A model generated the notes under the pieces. That model was not told where the DNA came from. It saw only the letters and a program-made list of their open reading frames with translations, and ran no database searches. Shown here one piece after another: positions 12,515-26,448 of a stretch of DNA of 64,000 nt. The position numbers and the translations under genes were made by a program. Every line of letters begins with the position of its first letter. Position 1 is the stretch's first letter. Origin of the DNA: Mobula hypostoma (Eukaryota); the NCBI RefSeq assembly GCF_963921235.1, contig NC_086118.1, positions 28,646,001 to 28,710,000 on the forward strand, given 5' to 3'.

Positions 12515-13905
12515 GTATAACTAAATACAATTACAGACCAGCTCTGGGTAACAAGCTTCATCCACTTGTACAGGTTTTCATAAGTTGATTTTGTCTATAC
12601 ATTGGAACATACACAATAATCACACTATGGTAGCCATATCACAAGATTATAATGAATGATATCAAAAGCATGTAAGTCTGAGAAGAAAGAAGAATTCTTA
12701 AAAGTGGAGAGAGAGAAATAAAGAAATTAGTTCTGCTATTCATAAGAATGAATGAGATGAACATTGGACTTTTGAATTGAATAATATCATGGGATTTTAT
12801 TCATAGGTAAGTGTCTATAAGTCAGTGTTCAGAACATGGGGATGATCTGTATTAGGACTCAACTTAAATCTACTATTTTTTAATATACAAGTAATTAGTT
12901 TCATACATTTTATCTAATTTAGAGTCGGTACAAAAACACAATTATTAACTGATGTAATAGTGGAAAATCATTTTTTGTAAAGTCTGCAATTATTTCATTC
13001 TGTTCACTTCTGCTTTACAATCCTTTTCCAGACTGCCAAATGTCTAGCAGGGTATTTTCCACTTTTTATTAAGGGGAGTCTGACACAAAGTTGTTGAGTT
13101 CTGGTCTGCCGTGCTCAAGCATGAGCCCCCTCATTCATCACTGGCAAGCCAGCTCCAACTTGCATGATCACATGGTGAAGTTTCTCTTTAAGTTTGCCAC
13201 CTGCAGCGCCTGGTGGTTCCAAATCAGGTTGAACTTCGGATGCCTCCAGTAAGATTAGGATGGCTGAATGATGGTAATCCCTGTGACAGTTACACAAAGG
13301 CCATCTTAAGATGTGGTATGGTTGAAAGATCTTATGGAAGGCCCCTCTCCCTCCAGCTGCTTTCAATTGCCTCCTATATGTGAATGGTGCCTCTCCTCAG
13401 GTCATGATAGCCTTCCCGCAGCCTCGTCTCATGGTGGTTCAGCAACATACTCAGTGAGCACTACTGTGAAGTCTCTTCGTGCGGAGTTTCACATTTGAGC
13501 TTGAGGATCTCTGACCCAGGAGAATAGAACCCCCCGTCCCCAAGAGTAAAATAGGGGCAGACAAGTGGTAAAACTCAGAGAAAACCGGTGTGTAAGTGTT
13601 GGAACAGAAGTTCAGCTATGCTATTGACCACAGGAGTCTGCTCCACCATTCTATGTGATCAGATTTAAGCTGCACATCCACCTTCCTGTCCATTGTGTGT
13701 GACTTCTACAATTTTCATATCTGCTGATATTGGTTATTACAAAATCACTGTTAACACTGCAAGACATAAGAAATCATATAACCCCAATTAACAACTGCGA
13801 TCTATATGTTTCTTACAGTTTATTATAACAGTTGAATTATTTTCTTTGGTGAGACCACTGCTTGAAGTTGCTGTGGAGTTCTTTTTAGCATTTTGTTTGA
13901 TTAAA

Positions 13906-14451
13906 TACACCCAGTGGCCACTTTATTAGGTACACCAGTACATTAATGAAAATACCTAATCAGACAATCATAAGGCAGAAAATCAATGCTTGAAAGCATG
14001 CAGATGTGGTCAAGAGGTTAAGTTTTGTTCAGATCAAGCATCACAATGGGGAAGAAATGTGATCTAAGTGACCTTGACCATGGAATGACTGTTGGTGTCA
14101 GACTGGGTGTCTTGAGTATCTCAGAAACTGCTTATTTTCAGGTCTTTTCACACACTGCAGTCTCTAGAGTTTACAGAGAATGGAGCAAAGAACAAAATAT
14201 CCAGTGAGTGGCAGTTCTGTGGTGAAAATGTCTGGTGAATAAGAGAGATAAAAGGAGAATAGGCAGGCTGGTTCAAACTAAAAGGAAGGTGACAGTAACT
14301 CAACTATCCCATGTAGTGCAACAGTGGAGTGCAGAAGAGCATCTCTGAATGCACAACATGCCAAACCTTGAAGTGGATGGGTTACAGCAGCAGATGACCA
14401 TGAACATAGACTCAGTGGCCACTTTATTAGATAATTTTTGTACCTAATAAA
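13906..14451 (+). mobile_element. Non-autonomous Tc1-like element
   Basis: TA + CACCCAGTGGCCACTTTATTAGGTAC end. Internal MGKKCDLSDLDHGMTVGVR...SISETA...HTAVSRVYREW is a Tc1 transposase N-terminal HTH remnant. Copies at 33901 and 38057. Confidence 0.8.
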
Positions 14452-14799
14452 TGTTTCTACAATATGATATTGATGAAACTTTAGTATGTTTAAATATTAA
14501 ACATTTTTTCATAATGAGTAGAATACTTTATGTAAGGCAACATTCACATCACAATGCGAAAGTGAACACAAAAGGTATAGTTTTTCTTCATAGCCCATAA
14601 TTTCAGTCCTTTCTTTCATATTATTACTGTTGGTTAACTTGTCATGTAAAATAATCACTTGTAGCCCATAAGCAACATATGAAGAGAATCTTCATACAAG
14701 GAACAGTTTATTGGTGATAGTGTTGAGGACTTTCCTAGAGTATCAGATCAAATTTGATCCATGCTACAACCATAAATTTATGATAACAGACATATTTCA

Positions 14800-15185
14800 T
14801 TTTTGTTAGCCACACACATCTGGTTCCATCTACCCTTCACCTTTCCTCCAATAGTTCCCATTATGACGTTCCTTACCTATCAGATTCCAGCACTTTTTTG
14901 TTCCCATTTATCAATCTCCTGTAGCTGTTTCCACATTCATTCACTACTCTGTCCACTGGCTTCATCTTCCTATCTCCCTTCACCTATCCATGGACTATTA
15001 ATCACCTATTAGTCCCTGTCTCACCACTCCCCTTCTCCTCATTATACCACTTAACTTTCCTCTCCACTCTCAGACCTAATGACAGGACCTGACCCGAAGT
15101 GTTAACAACTGCTCTTCCCCCCCCCCCACCCCCCCAAAAGATACTGCTCAATCTGCTGAGTTCCTTCACCAGAATGATTGTTTCT
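14800..15185 (+). mobile_element. Decayed Penelope-like 3' region (pyrimidine-rich tract and pLTR)
   Basis: CT-rich tract, eroded hammerhead region (about 15070-15110) and 'ctgctgagttcct' pLTR motif. Confidence 0.55.
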
Positions 15186-15369
15186 GTATGGGAATATAGG
15201 CTTACACTTTACTTGACTGGAATGAAGTAACAAATGTTGGCTTAATTATCAGCAATGATGCATTTTCTAGAAACTGAATTATGTTTTGAATCCACAGTAC
15301 TGATACAGGAAAATGAGGCAAAGGAGCCTAGAAATTATTCAGTGCTATTTATTGAAAGAAACTCTGCCA

Positions 15370-15578
15370 TGGATGGTCCTGAGACTGCTGTGAAAGGAGG
15401 AAGTTTGGGCAAAGGGTGAAAACACCAACAGAAGCTCCAAACACCTCATCCCTGGGAAAGGAAGGATCTTCAAAGATTATTACAACTGTGGACAACTTGA
15501 AAGACTGGCCGGCAACAGAGGGCACTGGTGAACTGCTGTCAGCAGCCTATGCCCCAGTAGGGGTGATAGGTTTAACCG
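15370..15578 (+). mobile_element. Probable RTE-clade LINE 3' end
   Basis: Ends 'gcagcctatgccccagtaggggtgataggtttaa', resembling RTE 3' termini. Confidence 0.4.
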
Positions 15579-16648
15579 ACCAATCATTTACTAAAAGAGC
15601 ACTGAAGAATCTTTGCAGAGGCAATTGATAACTTCCTTGTTTGTTGGTGTGCCATGGCAAAATTTCACAGTGGCCACAGCCAGTAACTTCAAGTGCCGCT
15701 GATCAGCTGTTACACACTTTCTTTGCACACTCTGCCGTGACTAAAAGAAAATAGAATAGACTTGGGTTTGAGGATTGATGAAGGGAGCCAGCACACATGG
15801 GTCTGTTTGGGATTTCATGTGTGGAATGGAGGGAATGATCAGCACATGGGTGGGGGACAAGTGTGATTGGGTAGCCATACATCCTGATTCTTGGGTGCTG
15901 GATAATTATTGGGAGCACAATGAGAGTCAGTACGTCTAAAGTAATCCTCAACCCTTCTTGACTTCCTTTCATTTTGCTAGGTATTATTGGTACACAAAAT
16001 CCTCATTTAAATGGTGCTACGTGTTGCATTTGTCTTTATCACTTCTGATAACATCAAATAGTTAAAAATTGCTGCCATAACTAATCCTTATCAAAGATGA
16101 TTTAAATTTTAAGTAACACTACTGAGGGTTTACTATTTCTTCTCTAGTTATTAAAGAATATAAATTAATGAAGATGTAAAGCTGAGTTCTATTCCCAATG
16201 CTCCAAGAGTGTAACAGTCAAAAGCAGTTTGGTGGCTATAGGACATTAGGGGATATGCTGAGATTGTGAAAGGCACTACGTAAATGCAAGTCAGTTTCTT
16301 TTTTGGTGCACTTGATGCATTGACATTTAATATCTTTACTGCTGAGAATTTCAGCATCAAATTTAATGCTATTAGAATTCTTGCCGTTTCAGATAGTTCA
16401 CGTCAGCGACAAGTCAAGTATACAGTATTGGTTCTGAGATAGACTGTTGGGTTTCCAGGTTATAGCTTAACACCCTTTCTAGAGAGCATCCCACTTCTAA
16501 CAGTGAAATTTTCTGTTTCCTATGCTTCCCCCTACCTGCAAATTAACCAGACTCCAAACTCACTTGGAATTTGAATTAGGGAGGTAAGGCAAGTAAGACC
16601 GTAAACAGACCAAAAGTTCATCAATCTAGACTGGACTGACAGTCACAT

Positions 16649-16950
16649 ATTTATTTTTTATTTATTTTGTGTTACAGCATGGAACAGGCCCTTTTCCAGC
16701 CCAATGAGCCACTCTACCCCGCAACCCACCTGTTCAAACCTAGCTTAATCACAGGACAATTTACAATGATCAATTATCCAACCAACTAGAGCATCTTTAG
16801 ACTGTGGGAGGAAACCAGAGCACCAGAGGTAACCGACGTGCTCACGGAAAGGACATATAAACTTCTTACAGATGGCGTCAGGACTGAACTCTAAACTCCA
16901 ATGCCCCAAGCCATTACAGCGTCATGCTAACCACAACTCTAAGGGGGCAC
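16649..16950 (-). mobile_element. V-SINE-like (HE1-type) tRNA-derived SINE
   Basis: Reverse complement of the V-core (gtgggaggaaaccagagcacc), CR1-like 3' end (aacaggcccttttccagccc) and AT-rich tail. Several homologous copies in the window. Confidence 0.75.
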
Positions 16951-18645
16951 ATACTTGTATATCAGTAGACTGGACTGTATAATTTTCCTAAGAAAACACT
17001 CATTTTTATATATGTTTTTATTGATGTTGTACTTCCCAAGAATCAGGAAATAACTCAGAAAGTAACTTATGATATAATCAGGTGCCAATGCCCTGTCCTA
17101 CAGAGTTATTCTTAAGCAGCAAGATTGAGTTTAAAGTGGAATAGTTGTGGACTAATGCAGATTAATGAATGAGGTATGAAATGGACGAAATATATTACAA
17201 TCTAATACAAATTTAGGTTTTGCAATAGTTCTCAATTTTTAAAAAAATATTTAACCAATATTTGAGTAAGTCCTGTGTTGGAGGTTGGTGAAATGCAATT
17301 GCACATCTATTTCATTGAGAGGCAGTATAGACCACAAGGTCAACTCCAAAACCAAGCACAATGCTCATTAACCTGTTTATGTTACTTATTCTTGGTTTCA
17401 AATTTTCATTTAGTTACATGAAACACCACTTGGATTCACAGTGTAGATTTGTTACTTTTCTTGTAGTTTAACTTTCTTAATTTTCTTATGTTTGTGTATT
17501 TATATAATCTCCTGTAAAATATAACTGTGTAATAAATCCAGCAGTAATTATAGTACAGTTGCTTCTGTGTTTCTCTAGAAACACCTTTGTTTTTAGCAGC
17601 AGGTTCACGCTTGAATCTGGCTATTTTATAGGTTAATTGTTATCAGTGGAATTTTTGAGTAATCGCTAGTCTGAGTATGAGAAGGTGAAACTACTTCTCT
17701 TCCTTTGTCTTTGTTCTCTTGGCTCTGTGTTCATTTTCCATTCTTGTAACACTTAATAAAGTGATTGTAAGCAAGAAGTTTTATGCTTCATTCTCGGCTT
17801 TTGAAGAACCTTTGGATCACAAAACCACTGGGATCCAACATCATTGAGGAATATTTTCTTTGTGTAATAAAAAATAAATTATGAATTCTTCAATTAATCT
17901 TGTCTTGCAGAAAAATAAATTAGAACAAGTTCTTAATTCATTAGTTTGACATTGGACAACACCTATTACAAAATTATGTAAATTATTTCTACCACTAAAT
18001 GAGGATAAATATTGCACACCAGAATAAAAAATAATTAATATGTAATCCTTTCCAAAAGCGTTTTTTTAAATATATTAATATTAATAAAGGAACACTATTA
18101 CAGTATCAAAAAAAAATACTGAGAAATTGAAAAATCTGAGCTGTTTCTAATTCTGGACAAACAACACATTTAAGGAAATTTCTGTGTTCTTGAAAAACCC
18201 AATTTAACATTTTCAGAAAACTCTAATGCTGCAATAACACTACATTACAAAACTCATGTAAATATATTTTTATAAAATTGCTTAATTTCCGTCTGTTCTA
18301 CCTTTCTCTCCATTAATGTTGACATTTCTTTTTATAACTTTGATTACTTAAATATACTTAATCTTTTTAAAGTAGTTTACCCTAAATTGTTCAGCATTTC
18401 CTAACCTCAAAATAAAAACCAAACAGCACTCATGTAGTCCAATCATGTAATATCTTGCTGTTGTCACAGGAGCGATGTCATACAAGGCTTAAAACGGAGA
18501 ACATCAGAGGTTTAAATGCAAAGATAGGTTTTAAAGATAGCCTTATAGAAAGGAGAATTAAAGAGACAATGGCTTAGGGTAGAGATGTCATAGCATGGAG
18601 ACGTAATACGTGAAAACCTAGCCTCTAGTCATGAAGGGTTTAAAT

Positions 18646-19730
18646 TCAGGGAATACGAGAATGTCTACAAATGCTGGACATCCAAACCAACACATACAGA
18701 ATACCGGAAGAACTCAACAGGTCAGGCAGCATCCATTGAAATGAATAAACAGTTAATGTTTCAGGCCGATACCCCTCTTCAGGACTGAAAAGAAAGAGGG
18801 AAGATGCCAGCATAAAAATGTGGGGTAGGGGAAGGAGGCTAGCTAGAAGGTCATAGGTGAAGCCGGGTGGGTGGGAAAGATAAAGAGCTGGAGAGAAGGA
18901 ATCTGGTAAGAGAGGAGAGTGGACCATAGGAGAAAGGGAATGAGGATAGAACCCAGGGGGAGGTGAAAGGCAAGTGAGAACAGGTAAAGGGCCAGAGTGG
19001 GGAATAGAAGGGTAGAGTGGAAGGGAAATTTTTTTTACTAGAAGGAGAAGTCGATATTTGGGCCATCAGGTTGGAACCTACCCAGACAGAAAAAAAGGTG
19101 TTGCCCCTCTACCTTGAGGGTGGCCTCAGCAACATAGAGGAGGCTGCATCAGGAACATCGGACACGATAGACAACCCCAGCAGATTCACGCATGAAGTGG
19201 TTCCTCGCCTGGAAGGACTGTTTGGGGCTCTGAAAGGAGGTGAATGGACAAGTGTAGCACTTAGGCCACTTGCGGAGTAAGTGCCAGGAAGGAGACTAGT
19301 GGGGAGGAATGAATGGACAAGGGAGCCATGGAGAGAGTGATCCCTGCATAAAGTAGGGGTAGGGAAGTGGTTACGATATGTTTAGTGGTAGCATCCCTTT
19401 GGATATGGCAGAACTTGCAGAGACTCATGGGATGGCAGGTAAGGACAAGAGTAACTCTATCACTGTTAAGGCTGCAGGATGATCGGATGAGTGCGGACTT
19501 TCGGGAAATGGAGGAGAAGCGGTTGAGGGTAACATCAATAGTGGAGGAAGGGAAGCTCTGTTTTTGAAGAAGGAGGGCATCCTTGAAGTTCTAGAAAAGA
19601 AAGCAGCATCCTGGGAACAGATGTGGCAGATGCAAAGGGACTGAGAAAAGGAAATAGCATTTTTACAGGAGATAAGGTGGAAAGAGGTACAGTCGAGGTA
19701 ACTGTGGGAATCGGTGGGTTTATAAATGAT
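18646..19730 (-). mobile_element. Decayed Penelope-like element (pLTR, purine-rich tract, ORF remnant)
   Basis: pLTR motifs at 18655-18790, including the minus-strand hammerhead variant CAGTC-CTGAAGA-GGGGTATCGGCCT-GAAAC-ATT-AACTG (18750-18787). 'ccatcaggttggaacctacccagac' matches the RLGSLQPDG segment of the 39666 element. Confidence 0.75.
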
Positions 19731-22379
19731 GAAACTTCAGGTAAGCTTAGATGAGTATAACTGTAGAAATGCAATCTTTGAAAGGTGTGGGATTGCTGGA
19801 TATGACAACTAAAGGGAGGAGAAATTTGAAAATGAGTGAGAATTTTAAAATGGAGACATTACTAGACTGGATATAAATGTAGGCTAGTGAGCATGGCTGA
19901 TAGGTGAATAGGGCTGGGTGAAGTCAATGCACAGGCAACATTAAACGACTGTGTGTTTAGCACAGAACACAGGCAGGCACAAGTAGAATGCTGGGTTGAA
20001 CTCATTTCATCCCATGAACATGACAAGCAACAGAAAAACAGAACAGGATTTAATCGCACACTTAAAATGTTAGATACCTTGGAAAACTGCAATGTGTACA
20101 AAAACTGGTTAGCTAGCATTTTTGTACACTGTCTTTTGCATGCAATATGTATCCTGAGTGTGAGACATTAATCTTGATACCCTTTGCTTCTTTTTGCATT
20201 TCAATGTACTGAAAAGCTGATGTCAAAATCAGATTTGGGCATCATCTGAAATATCAATGTTTTCCTTGTTAATTATGGTATTTTTCTGTAGAGCGAGTGA
20301 GTATTCTTTTCCATTTGAATAGCTATTTCTAACACTGAACATAGAGTGCAGTGGCATTCTAAACAGATAGTATTTGTACACAGGATGAAGTATTTGCTGT
20401 GGAATTCAGTACTAATTACCAGATCCAGAGAGATTCAGAAATCTGCAATCAGTTTGGTGTAATTAATGTTTGAAGAATTTATATATTGCTAAACAGAATT
20501 TCCTTTCAGGAATTGATTTGTAAATTAAAACTTACACACAACTGGATCTCTCAATGGCAAGCTGTCCATGGTTAAACTAACCTTCAGAGATACAATTTTT
20601 TTTTATGGATCTGTTTAGCCTTGGGATCAAGCAAAATATTTCTCTGGGACTGTGTCCCCAGTTATTAACAGGTAAGCACGTTTAAATCTGGTACCTGCCC
20701 TTGTTCAAAGATAACTTTGATTCTGTAATAAGGTCTGCCTTCCTCAAGTGGGATGAACAAGGAATCTTTTTAGAATTTGGTCATCTAGGTATTGCGTGAG
20801 AGATGCATTTATATAATACTGTTAACAAGTGCAGGGCATCTCAAAGTGATAATTAGCTAGTGAAGTAATTTAAAAAAACATTTGGACACAGTTATATTGT
20901 TAGAGATTTGGCAGCATTTTTATGCAGAAGTTTCCACAAGAAACATTTTAACACTGTCAAGACAAGGGTCTAGAAATCGCCCTGCGCCTCAAACGCTGTG
21001 TTATAGCGTTGATGTGTTTTGTGCACAGACCCCTCACAACATTATTCAAAGGCCAAAAACTCTCCCATTGTAGGTTAGCAGAGGAGCTCAGATAAGGCTG
21101 AAGTAGCACATTACGATTTACAGTTGAGGGAAATATCGTTGAGGATGTGGAATGCAGGGCAGGCAGGGTGGCGTAGAGTGTCTTTTGGCAAGAATTGTGA
21201 CTGAAAGGCTGGATCAGGATGTCGACAGGAAGGAAAGGTTGTTAGCAACTGTAAGAATTAAAGTTGCAATACTGTAGGATTGGATACATCTGAGCTTGGG
21301 ATCTGATGATGTGGGACCACAAGAATATCTGCGTCATTAGCTGGAATGATGCACAGCACAAATCTTAAAGCAATCAATCTTCAGGAGGATCACTGTATGT
21401 TGGAAACCATGGCCTCAAGCCAGGTTAGGCTGTTCCCTTTTAAATAACACTGAAGTAGACTTCACATCGCTTACAAAGGCCTGATTCAATATGAGTAGAC
21501 TGTATTATTTGTAGAGGATACAGAATGAATTCATCTTTCCACACAAATTGACCAGCAAGTAACCATTGTGTTTTTGATTAAATTGCTTAACACTGCACAC
21601 CAAAATGTTCCACTGTGCAAAAGTTAATCATCTAGATCTATTTGCTTTATGTGATGTTGTTAGAGTGGTCAATAATAATCAGATCATCAGAACAATTCAC
21701 CTCCCCTACTTCAAAATAGGGCTAAGAGCAAGTGTGGACTCCTTTTAATCTGTAATATGATACTGTGTAACAAAGCATTCCCTCAGTCCCACACTTGCAT
21801 GTCAACACACAGACTGTGAACTCACAACTGTCTGATTCAGGCCTTGTGATAGACAGAGCTGACACTTCAATCTGATGTATTCCTGTTTTAAACAGGGCCA
21901 AATGTACAATATCATATTAGTTCATTTGTATTCCTTTGTTGTGTTTGACAGACCTTTCTTGATTACTAAATGAGGTTGTAATGTAAAAGTTTGAATGTTA
22001 TAATTGAGAATATAACTTGATGGGAATAGTACATTAAATCGGATTGTGCCTCTGGTGAAACTGAGGAATGCCACATAAATGTCTTAGCATTCAATCAAAG
22101 TTAATTGCATCATAATTGAATAAGCAAATATGTCATAAAAGAATTTAAATATTCATGGATATACAATTACATAATTTTTCTCAGCTCCTCCTATATGATT
22201 TCAGTGTCCTCAAAACAGTTGTCTAGAAGGTCATTCAGTGCATAGAGCTTGAAACTTCTATCATTTCATGAGATTGTTTTGACATGATATGCCAGTGTTT
22301 CAAGCCGAGAGATGTAGTTTATTTCACAATGCTAGATTCTGTGTGGTTCCTTTTTCAATGTAGAAAATACTTCCGAGGA

Positions 22380-24290
22380 AAGAAAAATATGGCTAATGGC
22401 GAAGGCAAGAGATGAAAGATTGTTAGGGCCTTGGAAATCATCTTCATGTCCTCTCTAGCCACAAGAGATTTCCTGGAGGTCTGGCAAGCAGTTAACGTTG
22501 TTCCATTATTTAATCCTGGAAGTTATGGACCAACATGTCTCACATCAGTAGTAGGTTAGTTACTGGAGAAATACTGGAGATAAGATAGGATTTATGAGCG
22601 GTTGGAAAGCCATGGTCTAATTAGGGACAGTCAGCATGCTATTGTGTGGGGAAGGTCGTTTCTTATTAACTTGACTGAGGTGCTGAGGTTTCAAAGAGAT
22701 GATGAAGGCAATTGATGAAGGTAGAGCTGTGGATGTTGTCTACATGGATTTTAGTAACGTGTTTGATAAAATCTCTCAAGATTAAGATGCATGGAATCTA
22801 CAGTGAATTAGCTGTCTGGATTCAGAATTGGCTTGCCGATGGAAAACAGAAAGTAGGGCACTTACTCTGAATGGAGGTCTATGACTAGTGCTGTTCCTGA
22901 GACCTCTGCTGTTTGCTGTTTGTGGTGTGTGTGTATGTATATATATATATATTTATACACACACACACACACACACACACACAGTGATTGATAAGTTTGT
23001 GGCCTAAGGTAGAAGGAGATGAGTTATTAACTTCAAACTTTCTGCATTATCACTCAAAGAGTTGAACTGCACGTGCATGAAACGAGAGCTGTATTACTCA
23101 TCTCCTTCTTCCTTAGGCCACGAAATTATCAATCACCCCTGCTGTGGACCACTTCTACAAAGAAAGGATCTGTATACTCCACGACCGCTGGACTAAGTGT
23201 GTACATGTAGGAGGGGACTACGTTGAAAAATAAATGTGCTAGGTTTTCTAAAATTAACCCCTTCTACCTTAGGCCACAAACTTATCAATCACTCTTCGTG
23301 TGTTTGTGTGTGTATATATATATATAAAACTTAGGTGAAATCATAGAGGGGTAGATTAGTAAGTTTGCAGATGATACCAAGATTGATGGAATTGTGGATA
23401 GCATAGAAAACTGGCAAATTATACAGCAAGATATAGATCAGTTGTATATATGTGTAGACAAATAAAAGATGGAGTTTAACCCTGCCAAGTGTGAAGTATT
23501 CCGCTATGGGAGATCAAATATAAAGAGACAGAAAACTGTTCACCGCTGACCTTTAACAGTGTTGATGAGCAGAGGAATCATATAGTCCAAGTTCATAGCA
23601 TCCAGAAAGACATGACACAGGCTGATAGAGTGGTGAAGATGGCATATTTCATGTTTGCTTTTATTAGTTGAGGAAATGAATTCATGAGTCAAGAAGGTAT
23701 GTTGCAGTATTATAAAACTGAAGTTACACCATATCTGGTATATTGCATTCAGGCCACATCTAGTATATTGCATTCATCATTGGAGAGACATTGAAGCTTT
23801 GGAAAGGATGCAGAAGACGTTTATCAGGATGCTGACTGGATTAGAGGGCATGTGCTATTCGGAGAACTGAGATTAACTTGGGTTGTTTTCTCTGGAGTGG
23901 TGAAGACTGAGAGGAGATTCGATAGAGGTTCATAAGATTGAGAGAAATAGACGAGGCAGCCAGTATCTCTTTCCCCGAGTTAAAATTTCTAATATTGGAG
24001 GGTATTTAAGATGAGAGGCAGTAAGTTTAAAGTAAATGTGTGGGGAAGATTTTTTTTTTTACACAGAGTGGTGGGTGCCTGGAACACACTCACGGGATGG
24101 TGGTAGAAGCAAATATGATAGAGGAGTTCAAGAAATTCTTAGATAGGCTTATGAATGTGCCTGAAATGGAAGGATGTGAGCACAAGGTAGGCAGAATGGA
24201 TTAGTTTTGCTGGGCATTTGATTATTAATTTAATTAGTCTGGCAAAACATTTTGGGCCAAAGGGCTGTTTCCAGTGAGTACTGTTCTATG
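22380..24290 (+). mobile_element. Old CR1 LINE (RT to 3' end) interrupted by microsatellites and a MITE
   Basis: 'gctgtggatgttgtctacatggattttagtaacgtgtttgataa' (AVDVVYMDFS..FD), 'aagtttgcagatgataccaagatt' (KFADDTK), and CR1-type 3' end 'gggccaaagggctgtttcc...ctgttctatg'. Confidence 0.85.
22984..23299. mobile_element. Mariner-like MITE within a (TG)/(TA)/(CA) microsatellite
   Basis: Perfect 33-bp inverted repeats GTGATTGATAAGTTTGTGGCCTAAGGTAGAAGG (22984-23016 and 23260-23292), plus a third internal copy at 23096-23136. Confidence 0.8.
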
Positions 24291-24554
24291 ACTGAATTGG
24301 GATAGGTTCAATGGTGGAATGACCTATTGCCACTCTGAAAGCAGAGAAAGTGTCCGGTCTGTATGGGGTGGGGGGGGGGGAGGTGCCAGGTATCTACAGG
24401 GCTCCCACGAACAATATGGTGATGGGCACTGAGTAGATCCTGTTGAAGGAACAGATAAATAACAAGGCCTGTGCTAATGTTGAAACACTTAAAACGAAAG
24501 TGAAATCTATTGATCCTGAGTAAGAAGGATCTGTGAGGAGAAAATAACAGCCAA

Positions 24555-24710
24555 AAAAACTGCAGATGTTAAAAATCTGAAATTAAAAGAAGAAAATGAA
24601 AATATTGGAAGCACTCAACAGCTCCAGCGGCATCTGTGTAAAGACAAAGTTATTAATTTATTTCTCTTTTCATGGATACTCCCTAACCTGCTGTGTGTCT
24701 TCAGCACCTA
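24555..24710. mobile_element. Old pLTR-derived fold-back remnant
   Basis: 'ctgcagatg...aaaatattggaagcactcaacag...gcatctg' followed by inverted 'gatact...cctgctgtgtgtcttcagca'. Confidence 0.5.
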
Positions 24711-25839
24711 CTTGGAGAAGAATTACAGAAAGAGAAGAATAGCCATATACTTCTTTTCTCACTATGGTTTAATCTGTAATTTTTAAATCACTTTTTAAAT
24801 GTCCATAGCATTAATGACATGATTGCTAAGTAAACTTGAAGAATAATGTAGAGTTGCCTTTTACTTTGAGTTCAGATCCACGTAGATTATTAGAGTAACC
24901 TTTTTTTTAACTGTTAGCTAGGGACTTAATGTATGTTTGGAGCATTTTATCTAATGATGCATTTGAATGAATATGAGCTACTCTATTGATATATTCTTAT
25001 TACTGACTTATACTACTAGCACCTTCCTTTATCACATGAACAGCCATGTTATAATTACCTAGATACTTATCTTGAAGTATAATAGAAGTGAACAATATCT
25101 GAAGGATGGTGTCTACAAATATTTACCCTCTTTCTGTTTAATTACAGTTATAAGTTCTATTATTATTCCTTGTAATATGTTAAGTGTACTGATTGCAGTT
25201 GTTCATGTGCTGCAGGGTATTTCCTCTGCGGCCTGTTAAGTGACTCATCTTTGCATAATTTTTCATAGATACCAGTTATTATAATTATGATTCAAGCATT
25301 AAAACATCCTGACTCCAGGTAATGTGTAACAGGATATGTTCGCACAGACTGAAAGTAATATAATTTTTCCATTGTATTATTGCCACAGTATTATCAGTAA
25401 TCACAGTTAAATTACAAGTGCATTTCTATACCAGCTTCTGACATGGTAACAAATTGGTAAGAGAGAACATTCTCCTTTGTTATTTCTGCAGCTTCATTCA
25501 GAGCGAGTCATTCATCAGAGGATCTTCTGGATCAAGCTTCCTCATTGAGGGGATGGAGGCAAGACTGGCAAGATCTCACTTAACGGCCTCATGTAGTTGC
25601 CCTAAAATCTTGTGTTGATGACGTACCAGATGGTGATTCTGTTGAATTGGATCACATTTCTAGAGGCTGACCACAACTATTTGTTATTCCAGAGGGCAAA
25701 TTGAAAGCCGACCTCTAAGCTCTGAATTTTCCAAGAAATCGCCAGTCATTTCTAAAGCTTGTGGGTACTGTGGAATGAATTATTCAAAGTGCTCTGTTGT
25801 GGTTAGTGAAGTATTGCATGAGCACCAAATTTAATTTCT

Positions 25840-26238
25840 CTGCTTCTTTTGTCCTCCTCCCTCTTCTTTCTTTCTGAGTCCACTCTTCTCCCTTCCCTTC
25901 TCCTCATCCACTCATCATCTCCTTCTGGTGCCCCTCCTCCTTCCCTTTCCCCCATGGTCCACTCTCCTCTCCTATCATGTTCCTTCTTCTTCTTCAGCCC
26001 TTTACCTTTACTAACTATGACCTCCCAGCTTCCCCCTTCATTCCCCTCCCCACTCGCCTGGCTTCACCTATCAACTAACAGCTGGTACTCCTTCCCCTCA
26101 TCCTCCTGCTTATTCTGGCTTCTGCCTGTTCCTTTCCAGTACTGGTGATGGGTCTTGGCTTGAAGCACCAGTTGTTTATTCCCCTCCATCGATGCTGCCT
26201 AAATTGGTGAGTTCCAGCATCCGCAGAATCACTCGTGT
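25840..26238 (+). mobile_element. Penelope-like 3' region with eroded hammerhead
   Basis: CT-rich tract, then 'cagtaCTGGTGAtgggtcttggcttGAAGcacc' and 'gatgctgcc...ccagcatccgcagaatcactcgtgttt'. Confidence 0.65.
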
Positions 26239-26448
26239 TTATGTTTTAATTGTGTTATCCGATGAGAGGGGAGGGTAGCAATTGTAGTTCCACCCTCAAC
26301 TTTTACTTTCAAAAGCAAAATTTGGTGGAGGTAGTAAGGGGAATACATTTTGTCTATGTTACACTGATTTTGAATTTCTATTTGAACTTTGAATCTGTTA
26401 TGCGTTTGAACATCCAGAAGACCCAAATGTCATGATTATTACTTGGGA

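Noticed and set aside
13080..13500. GC-richer block with 83-aa and 61-aa ORFs as a possible exon
   Set aside because: No recognisable protein similarity or convincing splice-site pair.
17750..17842. Similarity to about 32390-32475 (acttaataaa...gaacctt.gat...atcca), possibly old LTR ends
   Set aside because: Too short and degenerate to define boundaries or class.
24365..24383. G-run (and C-run at 15117-15135) as functional G-quadruplexes
   Set aside because: Simple homopolymer expansions in or next to decayed repeats.
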